From: Chiloscyllium plagiosum | Lineage: Eukaryota | Direction of reading: 5' to 3' | DNA: 45,944 nucleotides | Assembly: GCF_004010195.1 (NCBI RefSeq) | Contig: NC_057752.1 | Coordinates: forward strand, 160,956-206,899 | Shown: positions 35,429 to 45,944 of the stretch, piece after piece | Layout of the letters: every line of letters begins with the position of its first letter | Position numbering within the stretch: the stretch's first letter is position 1 | Made by a program: the position numbers and the translations under genes | Notes under the pieces: generated by a model | Told to the model about the DNA's origin: nothing | What the model saw: only the letters and a program-made list of their open reading frames with translations | The model's database searches: none

Positions 35429-36854
35429 CTTGCCAATTCGCCTTCCAGACAGCGTTCCAACTTGTAATTGTATGCACTTGGAATGAGAGCCCACCACTGA
35501 ATTCAACCTGAAGCTATGGGTGGTATGGCCTTGTCCTCTTTCAGTTGCCCTAGCAGGGGTTTGTCGTCTGTTACTATTACAAATTTATATCTGTAAAAGG
35601 TATTGGTGGAATGTTCTCACACCAAAGATGACTGCCAAACCTTTCTTCTTTATCTGGGTATATTTGCACTCTGCATCAGCCACATTCTGGGGGCATATGC
35701 TATTGGATGTTCCTCTCCATTGGACCATTTGTGAGCCAATGTTATCCTGATACTATACGGGGAGGCATCGCATGTCAGCACCACATCTCACTTGGGATCC
35801 TAGTGTGCCAGCACATTAGACGATGACAGCTGCTTCTGCACTTCCCTAAATGTAATGTCTTGGCTAACAGTCCATTTCAAAGACTGACCCTTTCTCAACA
35901 GAAGATGTAAGAGTGCCAGGATGGAGGCCAGCTTACATAGGAATGTTACATAATAATTCACCAACCCAAGGAAAGACCAAGCTCTGGTTCGGAGGTGGGA
36001 GTCAGAGCACTTTTGATCTCCCTCAGCAGGTCTTCCAACAGGTGTAAGCCAGTCTTGTTGGCTCTGTAGCCCAAGTAGGTCATTTAGGGTGCATGGAACA
36101 CACATTGTTTTCCCTTCTAAGGAGTACGCATGCCTTGGAGAAACATTTGAGGACTATGTCCAAGTTCTCTAAATGCTCTTTAAAGGCCTTTCCTGTTATT
36201 AGCACATCATCAGATAAATAGCGACCCGGGGATGACTTTGTAAAATATTCTCCATCATCCGCTGAAAAATGGCACAGGCTGATGATACCCCAAATGGCAA
36301 TCTCAGATATTCGCACAAACTCTTCTGGGTATTAATTGTAGCATACTTCTGGAAATCCTCATCTAACTGCAATTGCAGGTAGGCATGGCTCATGTCCAGG
36401 ATCGTGAAGGACAAGCCCCCCTGCCAGCTTTCTGTGTAAATCCTCTATGCGAGGGATTGGGTATTTGTCCAGCTGCAAGAAGTGGTTTACCATTTGTTTA
36501 AAATCCCCATAAAGGCGAACTGACCTATCCTTTCACAATTGGTACAACCAATGCTGCCCATTCCACAAACTGTCCTGGTTTGATTATTCCTTTGCTTTCC
36601 AGCCTCCTGATTTATGCCTCTACTTTTGCCTGTAAGGCAAATGGTATTAGGTGAGCCTTGCAGAATTATGGAATTGTTTCCTGATCAACATGCAAGGTGG
36701 CCTTGGCCCCTTTGATAGTTTTTAGATCTTCCTGAAAAATGTTTGGGTATTTAATTAGGACTTCACTCAGGCAGCCATTTTCTAATTGAAAAAGGTTGAG
36801 CAATCAAGGTGAATCTTTCTCAACAAATTTTGCCCCAAAGGGGCCTTTCACCTC

Positions 36855-37480
36855 TGTGATGATGCTGCTCCCTTAACAAGGTTATGCAGTTCTTAGCCTT
36901 TCTTTCCAGAGAGACCGTAAAACACACAGACTCCGAAAAGTCTGGGATTGAAGGGTTTAAGGGATAATTTGTTTCTAGCTAACAGATACTGCCTCAGGCA
37001 GAAGGCTTTCAAGTTAAAAAAAAACACCTGTACAATGAAATGGGAGCAGCCAGTTCTCCCAGCTCAGCTTTTCTCTGGTTTGGTATTGTTTTTAGCAGTA
37101 GTGTTGAAAGGCTGCTGGACCCAAAGGAGCAGGTCCATGCTGATCCTTTCTCTCTGACTTCTCTCCTGTAAGACCCTGTGATTGATTTTACCTTTTATGT
37201 CAAGGGGTGTTTATGGGGATTGTTGCAAGTGTTTGGAATGGCATCATTAAGTTGGGACGATCTGTTGCATTTCAGATAGGTTAGATTATTCTGTTCTCTT
37301 TTGTTTGTGTTTCATTCGATAATCTTGTAAATAAATTCTGTTTTGTTTAAAACAACGTGGGTTGACCAACTGTACCCCTCCTGGAATATCCACATTACAC
37401 CTGCTTAAAACAACTAACAAAGTTAGGGTCTGGACTACTTTCTTGAAATGTTTTGAAGGGGTCTGGTCTGGTCCATTACA
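36855..37480 (+). mobile_element. Solo-LTR-like insertion inside the gypsy pol region
   Basis: Starts TGTGAT, ends TTACA, has an internal AATAAA near 37330 and interrupts the protease region. No clear TSD. Confidence 0.55.
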
Positions 37481-38394
37481 AAAACAATCAGTGGTAACAG
37501 AACCAGTGGTTCTCATATGAGACTGGAACTGCAGTTGTATCCTTAATCTATAAAGGTTCCTCTGTATAGGTTCTCAGCCTGGCCGACATCTTTTGTAATG
37601 ATAAAGTCAGTTGTGGTGCCTGTTTGAAGTCCAGTTGGGCTTCAGCTAGTAGACACTTTTGCATGGTCAAATAATTAATCCCACATACCAAATGGTCTCT
37701 CAGCATCTCATTAACTGTTAAACCGAAGTCACTTACCTCTGCCAGTTTGTCAAAAATCCAGACACAGATTCCCCTGGTTCTCAAACTGCCAAGTAAAATC
37801 GATTGCATCTCAGAATTAGAGGATGCTTGGGTGTCATAATATTCCTTAACTCAATCCATCAACTCTTTAGAGGTATTACTACCTGGTGCCTTAGGAAATG
37901 TTAGGCTCCTAATAACCAAAAACGCTGCAGGTCCACAAGCGGTCAGGAAAATTGCTTGTTGCTTTTCATCTTCCCCAAAGTTATTTGCCCAGAAAAAAAA
38001 CACATTCTTTCCATGTACTGGGCCCAGTTGTCGACAGCAGGATCAAATGAATCAAGGTTCCCAAATAACAGCATGATGCCATGAATGCTTATCCCAACTC
38101 AAAGGTGACTGTTATGAGCGAATGTCTTCAGGAGCACATTTTCTTCTCTCGTCGCCGTTGAAATAACTCCATAGAGGCTGACATCCTATCACCAAATCAC
38201 CCTTTATTTACATGTGCACAGTACTTGAAACTAGTCCAGATTTCTCAGAGCCAGCTCTCAGAGTGAGCAGAATTTCTGATACTCCTGTTAATGTTTGACA
38301 GCCAGGGCTTCCTGATTGGACCAGATTACCAGCCCATTCACTGAACTCATATTATATGAGGTCCACCTGACTGACCTCATTACAATCACAACAG

Positions 38395-38920
38395 TTTCCT
38401 TATTTCAGGAAAGATATACTGTCATTGATGAGAGCCCAGAGAAGGTTCAATAGGCTGATACCAAGTATAGAGGGATTTATTTTTGAGAAGATGTTAAGCA
38501 AGTTGGGCCTGTATTCATTGGAGTTTAGAAGCATGAGAGGAGACCTTTTTTTAAACATACAAGATTCTTAGGGGGCTTGACAAGGTGGATGTTGGGACGT
38601 TATTTCTCATAGCGGAAGACTCCAGAACCATAATCTCAGAGTGGAGCGTCACCTAACTAAGTCAGAGACGCAGAGGAATTTCTTTTCTCATGGGGTAGTG
38701 AATCTATGGATTTTATTTACTGTAGAGTATTGTAGACGCTAGATCTTTAAGTATATTCAAGACTGAGTTAGGCGGATTTTTAAACAGTAAGGGAATCAAG
38801 GGTTTTAGGGAAAAGGCAGGACCGTGGAATTGAGGATGGTCAGATCAGCCATGATTGAATTGAATGGCAGAGAAAAGTAAATGGGCCAAAAGGCATACTC
38901 CTACTCATATATCTTATAGT
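38395..38920 (+). mobile_element. CR1 3' fragment
   Basis: cagagaaggttcaataggctgata...agcatgagaggagacctt, followed by a CR1 3' UTR. Confidence 0.85.
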
Positions 38921-40789
38921 CTAGCCTGTTGTGTTTATTTCAGCTCCTTGAAAGAGTCATAGAGTCATACAGCATGGAAACAGACCCTTTAAAAAACATT
39001 TTAAAGTTTAACTATTTGGGCATTTTCTGCTCTGTAATTCCCCTTACACCACAATTGGCTGGATGGGGAAAAGCCATCCTTGCCCCACTACTCAAATCTC
39101 CAACTAAAATTACAGATCTGCTGTAATGACATAATCATACCCTATCTGCAGTTTTAAAAGAGGATCCCATTTCCTTCCCAAGTCAAAGTGTAAGTCTGTG
39201 GATGCTGGAGATTGGAAAAAGAGAAGTACTTGTGAAACTCTGAGTCTAGCATCTGTGGAGAGAGAAACAGAGGGCAGAATCTTATGGGGGTTGACAACAA
39301 GCCTGGTGAGATCCTCTCACCCCAGCTTTTACGCTTTTCACAAGCAGCTTGGTGAGATCCTTGCTATGCCAATTGATAAAGATTAATGCATGGGATGTGC
39401 GAGAGTGAATGAGGGAAGATGTGCAAGCAATAGTGAGAGTGGTAGAGCATGTGCCTTGGTGACATGGGTACAGGAGCAGAGATAGTGAGAACGAGGTATC
39501 GGAGAGAAGATGGTGGCAGGAGTTAGATTTAGATTTCTTGTCACGTGTACAAAAATACAGTGAAAAGTGTTTTCTGCATGTTAAACGCAAAGTCTCGCCG
39601 CTGAATATAATGCAAGATTTTACTGTAATAGAATTCACCTTTTTCTCTTCTTCCTGGTCCTCTACCACTGCTCTTGTAGATGCTGCTTGACATCAGCTGG
39701 GGTCTCTGTCATGGGCTCCAGGGTCTCGGTTATGAGCCCACCTCTGCTGTCGCCGTCGCTCCTGAAACTGCCACATCTGAGCTGGAGCCATGGGCCTGGG
39801 GGGGGTTTCATACCTCTTGCTCCCCCACCGATGCTCCTCAAAACACTGCCGCTGGTCATCAGGGTCCTGTCTTCAGGCTCCACCACCACTGATGCTACAG
39901 CTTATGCAACTGCTGTTCCTGTGCTGGAGCTGACCATGGGCATGGGGCTGTGCAGGGCGTGGGCTAGAGCTTGAGTCCAAGAGTCACTCAACCTGCAGAA
40001 AGACAATGAAACTGTTACAGTACTGAGCGACAATGAAGCTATAAAATTATCATAATAGTGCAATTGCTTCATTAATATCCTTTTGGGAAGGAAATAAGCT
40101 GTCCTTATCTGGTCATTTATTGCGCTTCTGTTTGGGAAACTTTGGCAATTTCAGATTGTTGTAATGTATAAAAGGTAGCAGTGTGCACATTTCAAACTGT
40201 TTTGAAACAACTTGACATTAAGGGTGCTAAATACATATTATTCTTTTTTTATGTTGTTACATGGTGTTCCTTATTTTCTTATGATCCACAGAACCTCTCT
40301 GGAGTGAGTGCCTTGATCTCTGAAGGCATCAGATAGACCTTCCAATGTGAGCAAGACAAAGAAAAATTAGGATGAGCAAATTGTGTCAACTGCATCCAGT
40401 TCTGGGGGCCTGTTACCACTGTCCCATGTGCAAAATGAAATCTATATTCTTGTGAATGAATATTTACAGGGTTTATTGAATATAAGGCACAACAAGAAAG
40501 GGCATTCTGCTGCAACCTTACAGACTGAGGCTCTAGTGCCATGTGGTCTGACATCCCTATTACATAGCTTCATTCACACTTGCTCAGTACCTATTCAGAA
40601 TAAAGATGTAATTAACTCTTTACTCCATGTTTTCCTCAAACCTTCAACCCCATTGACCATAAACACTATTTACACTATTTTTCACATCACTCTCATCCAA
40701 AGTCTGATTTACAAGGAAATTCTGTGGAATGGATTCACCAATTTCCCAGAATCCGCACATAGTACCTTTGGCAAACAGGTTATCTGAGA

Positions 40790-41330
40790 CTGCTCAACCC
40801 TTGTCATGCCCATGACTGAGTGGGATCTTCCAGTGTGTGAAGAAGCAAATGAGTTTGGCATCTACATTCAGTATGCTGAGGTACAAAGTGTCCAGTTTCT
40901 GAAGGCCTTTAAAAAGTTTTGGGAATTGTTGTCCAAACTTATCTGTTGGTGTCTGACTGACAGTTGTGTTATGATCACAAGTTGTGTTGATTTTATTAAT
41001 AGACACGTCAGGTCCCAGACAGAAACTTGGCTTGATAGCTCACAATCTGATTTGTTTTTGTTTTAACAAAATGGTCTTTTGCCATAATGTAAACACGCAA
41101 CATTCAAAGAATTTTAAACATCAGTCCCAAAATACTCTTTCATAAATTGAGAAGTCAAAAAACAGATTTTGTATAGTACTCAAAATGCTACTCGTACAAT
41201 ATTCACACCAGTGTCCCTGTATCAAATGCCTTGTTAGGTTTAAGTCACTTGAACTTTTAGATTGGAACTTCATATAGCTTCTTTCTAGAGAAGGGCTTAA
41301 ATGCACTTAGTTTTAAGTAACTTCTTTGGG
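40790..41330 (-). mobile_element. Highly decayed gypsy pol remnant
   Basis: FPKLFKGLQKL...DAK...WKIP resembles the gypsy protease-RT linker. Confidence 0.45.
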
Positions 41331-41455
41331 GTTTTATCCCAACACTTCTAGTCTGGGAGTAACACTGACTCTTCACTTTAAGGTTAACTAGCTCACTATA
41401 TAGAGCTTCCCTTCTCAGAAGCACTGGTCTATACAGCCATCCTATTCCAGGGACT

Positions 41456-41947
41456 TAGAATCATAGAGATGTACAGCACGGAAACAGACCCTTCAGTCCA
41501 ACTTGTCCATGTCGACCAGATATCTTAAATTAATCTAGTCCCATTTGCCAGCACTTGACCCATATCCCTCTAGACCCTTCCATGTACCCATCCAGATGCC
41601 TTTTAAATGTTGTAATTGTATCAATCTCCACCACCTCCTCTTGCAGCTCATTCCATATACGCACCACCCTTTGTGTGAAGAAGTTGCCCCTTAAGTCTCA
41701 TTTATATCTTTCCCCTCTCACCCTAACCCTATGCCTTCTACTTCTGGACTCCCCCAACTCAGGGAAAAGACCTTGTCTATTTACCCTATCCATGCCCCTC
41801 ATGATTTCATAAACCTCTATAAGGTCATCCCTTCAGCCTCAGATGCTCCAAGGAAAACAGCCCCAGCCTATTCAGCCTCTCCATATAGCTCAAACCCTCC
41901 AAGTCTGGCAACATCCTTGTAAATCTTTTCTGAAGCCTTTCAAGTTT
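41456..41947 (-). mobile_element. CR1 3' fragment
   Basis: Reverse complement of the CR1 3' end seen at 950-1420. Confidence 0.92.
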
Positions 41948-43739
41948 GACTTTACTGGACTTCTTAAAATTCAAAGTTAAAGTAAAATCAAAAGTCTCCC
42001 TTTCTAAGCTATGGGTGTTTCTTTAAATTTAAAAAGAAAGTTCCAGAAGTCTCTTACAAATAATAACCTTGCTTGGCCACAAAACAATCCTAGATAAACA
42101 AAAAATCTATTAGTGGTGTACACAAATTCATTCACTCTGATGCTAGAGCTCAAAGATTGTTTTAAAAGAAATCATCATGGCTACAGAAGTTAATTATTCA
42201 TTTTAGTCAGATAGAAAACCCACAGGTTACTAACTCAAACATCAAACTCAAACTTACAATAAATAATACTAAATATATCCATATAAATGTAAGTGCTTAT
42301 ATCACAACTGCATCCAATTTAGGGGTGAGATTGATAGTCATGCAGGTTTGCCTGTTAAGCAGTGAGCATAGTCATTGTATATGCAGTCTTGCAACAGCTT
42401 TTTAAAAATCTTTATGTCTTAATGTTGCCTGAAACTGGCCTTTGACTGTGAGACTGGTTCCTCCTGGGTCATGTAGTTGGATGAATGAAGTTGTAAGGTA
42501 ATATCCGTCAGCCACTTTACACTATCTGACAAAACAATGACTGCTGCCTTGTGTCCAATTTAAACTGCATGCAGTGGCCATTGATAATGATGTCTATACT
42601 CCAATATTGACTATTCTGGTCCATCACTTCCCAAGAAGAATGTTTCCATGCTGGTTCACTTTAAAAATGATTGCCTTGTTTTTTTCTCTTACTATTGGCT
42701 TCATTGATGAATCGGGAATACTGTGATTGCGGGGGGAGACAATTAATAACTTACACGGTATTATCAAATTGTCAGCATAAAATGGAAATTTGAGCATCAA
42801 ATGTTTAACATTTAATGAAATGCACCTTATACCTAATTATCCAATTATAGAACACTTAATCTCCATACACTGATAAATCACTGAGTCACACTCAGGCACT
42901 TGGAGCACAGTGCTAATATTCCTATCCCAAGACCAAGAGACCTGCGTTCAAGGCCCACCAGCTCTAGAGGTGTGTAATAACATCTCTGAAGATTGATGAG
43001 GTAATGAAAAAATCATCCCAGAAAACTGCAGTTTTGGGGTTTGTAGTCAGGTTCAAACCGTGAAGCAAATGGCCTGAAAAACTAGTAAATACAATTGAAT
43101 TTATTGCTATCACCAGACAACAAGATCTAAATAATTTTGCCATGATAATTAACTTAGTGATATCTTTATTATTTTATAGTTTTTGGGAACGTGGCTGATT
43201 TTCTTCTAATCACGGTGAGAAATGGGTCAGTGTCAGACAACAAACACTGAACCCAGGAGCAAAACATTCAGCAGGATTTTACAATGGGGTTTTACTGTAG
43301 AGTAATAAGATACAGGAATCCTGGTTGATCTGTCTCCTCCCTAGCCCAGAGACATTGAGTATCTCTTAAGGATGGAAGAGAAAGCCTATGTATATCACTG
43401 TGTACTATGTGCTTAATTCCATTTGAGACAATCTTGTGTTCAGTTAACAATATGCAGGTACAGTACCCATCAAAACACAGAGCCTATGAGGGAGTACACT
43501 CACCCACTGAACTTTGCAGCAAAACTGTCTGAGATTTTTGAGTGCTTCATCTGGTCCATTTACAGAGTAATGACAGAAAGCACCATTTTTGTTCCAGAAC
43601 AACTACTAGGACAGCTTGGTATAATAAGATTTTATTTTGGAGCAGCAATGAGATAACTCATCAACAAACTTATTTGCCTTCCATTTTAAGAAAACATCAA
43701 ACAATGTAGCAACCTGTGGCTAGTGGTTTTTGTAATTAG

Positions 43740-44610
43740 AATATTCCTTTATGGTCAAGGTATAGAATACAAAAACAGGGATGGAATGCTGAAACAAGTT
43801 AGGGCACATCTGGAACTTTATGTACCGTTCTGGCCCTATATTATAGGAAGGACATAATTTCTCCGGAGTGATGACAGGAAGATTACAAGAATATTGAAGG
43901 GCTTGAAAATTGCAGTTATGAGGAAAGGTTGGCTAGGTTAGGCTTATAGTCCTTAAAACAGAGGAGTGACTTAATTAAGGTGAATTAAATTCTGAGTCAT
44001 CTAAATAGAGTCTCCCCTAGCGGAGAGGTCAGTTAGCAAGGAGCACAGATTTAAAGTAATTGGTAGAAGGATTAGAGGAGAACATTTTCACCCAGAGAGT
44101 GGAGGGCATCTAAAATCCACTGCCCTGTTTGGTGGTGGAGACAGAAATCCTCAATGTGTTTAAGAGATACCAATCCACAACTCAAGTACTTTAACCTGCA
44201 AGATAACCTATCAGGTGCTTGAAACTTGAAAGGGTTCAGAAAAGATTTACAAGGATATTGCTTGGAGGATTTGAACTTTAGGGAGAGGTTGAATAGGCTA
44301 GGGCTGTTTTCCCTAGAGTGTCGGAGGCTAGGGGTGACCTTATAGAGGTTTACAAAATTGAGGGGCATGCATAGGATAAATAGACAAAGTCTTTTCCCTG
44401 GGGTCGGGAAGTCCAGAACTAGAGGGCATAGGTTTAGGGTGAGAGGGGAAAGGCATAAAAGAGACCTAAGGGGCAACATTTTCACGCAAAGGATGGCTCA
44501 TGTATGGAATGAGCTGCCAGAGGAAGCGGTGGAGGCTAGTACAATTGCAACATTTAAAAGGCATCTGGATGGGTATATGAATAGGAACGGTTTGACTTTG
44601 AGGTGCTGGT
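43740..44610 (+). mobile_element. Old CR1 fragment followed by a younger CR1 3' fragment (about 44220-44590)
   Basis: Two successive CR1 C-terminal segments with different levels of decay. Confidence 0.8.
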
Positions 44611-45388
44611 AGGTACCATACAGGTGGAGAACTTTGTCTACCCTTCCAACTCCATTTTGATTTGCCTCCTCCCTCTCTCACTTTTGATGGTCTGCATTGC
44701 CCTTAATGGCTTTCCATGTAAGTTAATCAATTGGAAAACACAGGTGATTTTCTGGTGGTGGTTAATAGATTAAAAAATACATGTTGATGGTTGTGAGTTG
44801 GTTGTAGAAACAAATACTCAGTTGTAAGAGCATTTCTGAATTTTAAAAAAGAAAATGGATCAGGTGCTGGAAGGTCGGATTAGAATGGATGGTTTGTGTT
44901 TTTTTCCAGTTGGAGCAGACATGATGGGCTGAATTACTTCTTTCTGTGCCATAACGCCTTTCTATGGTTCTAACATTTTTATTTGCTTTTCACAACAAGG
45001 CAAGCAAGACCGTGTACCCATTATCCCGCATTCTGCTAATGCATCCACGTGCTTAATCCCATTACGGACAATCTTTCTGACCTCAAATTGACTATAGCAA
45101 TTTATAATCCATTACAATTGCTTGAATTCCCAGCGAGAATACATGAACAACAGCCTTAAACAGATAACCCAGTAAATATCATAACTGAGTTCTGGGCCCA
45201 AGACCACATGTGAGCAATTCCAGGGGTGGTCTGTTCTGGTTCAAGTGCTGGGTTGGTCCTTCTCACTTTTACTCTGCAGTCTAAGTTTCTAGCCTTTAAT
45301 TATACAAGTAATTTTACATCAGTTTATTGCTGTGAAGTACATTCTTCACAATCAGTTAGTAAAAGTCCAAAGCTTTCTGAGTGTGGAT

Positions 45389-45944
45389 ATAGAGTCATAG
45401 AGATGTACAGCATGGAAACAGACCCTTCGGTCCAACCTGTCCATGCCGATCAGATATTCCAACAAATCTAGTCCCATCTGCCAGCACCCGGCCCATATCC
45501 CTCCAAACCCTTCCTATTCATATACTCATCCAAATGCCTCTTAAATGTTGCAATTGTACCAGCCTCCACGTCTTCCTCTGGCAGCTCTTTCCATACACCT
45601 ACCACTCTCTGTGTGAAAACGTTGCCCCGTAAGTCTCTTTTTTTATATCTTTCCCCTCTCACTCTAAGCCTATGCCCTCTAGTTCTGGACTCCCCCACCC
45701 CAGGGCTGAGACTTTGTCTATTTATACTATCCATGCCCCTCATAATTTTGTAAACCTCTATAAGGTCACCCCTCAGCCTCCGATGCTCCAGGGAAAACAG
45801 CCCCAGCCTGTTCAGCCTCTCCCTATAGCTCAAATCCTCCAAACCTGGCAACATCCTTGCAAATCTTTTCTGAACCCTTTCAACTTTCACAACATCTTTC
45901 CGATAGGAAGGAGACCAGAATTGCACGCAATATTCCAACAGTGG
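45389..45944 (-). mobile_element. CR1 3' part running off the window end
   Basis: ORF 45468-45938 EYCVQFWSP...LRGDLIEVYKI; tail atagagtcatagag on the plus strand. Confidence 0.95.

Larger units (their letters stand above)
33283..38393 (-). mobile_element. Decayed Ty3/gypsy LTR retrotransposon (5' LTR, gag, RT, RNase H, integrase)
   Basis: LTR 38159-38393 (TG...CA); PBS-like cggcgacgag 38148-38157; gag LRDHLVCGIN; RT LDMSHAYLQL and LPFGVSSACAIFQ; SFLGLVNYY; integrase LHQGHPG...WWPGL...CSECQ and VTDN. Confidence 0.9.

Noticed and set aside
39296..39361. Short direct repeat (acaagc...tggtgagatcct, two copies)
   Set aside because: Only two imperfect copies; a local duplication with no array structure.
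39662..39974. GC-rich overlapping ORFs
   Set aside because: Low-complexity sequence next to a reversed Rex-like tail near 39520-39570; likely repeat-derived.

Overview
Vertebrate genomic DNA, almost certainly from a cartilaginous fish, judged from the HE1/V-SINEs, shark-type CR1 LINEs and Penelope-like elements (PLEs). Most of the window is transposable-element debris: CR1, Rex1/Babar, Penelope-like, Ty3/gypsy, SINEs and one Tc1/mariner-type MITE. There is a 919-nt assembly gap at 18912-19830. The one host gene I can support is missing from the ORF track because it is spliced. It is a four-exon secreted four-helix cytokine on the + strand (CDS 7831-7983, 11295-11396, 12206-12358, 13603-13818; 207 aa; all introns phase 0, GT-AG) whose motifs and exon layout match IL-23 p19 (IL23A). 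Its promoter carries TATA, NF-kB and octamer sites. The protein lacks the cysteine that links mammalian p19 to p40, and has extra cysteines and four N-glycosylation sequons. A second theme is short Penelope-derived insertions flanked by target-site duplications (TSDs) that carry minimal hammerhead ribozyme motifs. Some are long palindromes, and four lie in sense orientation inside the cytokine introns. All family assignments come from motif recognition by eye; no database search was run.
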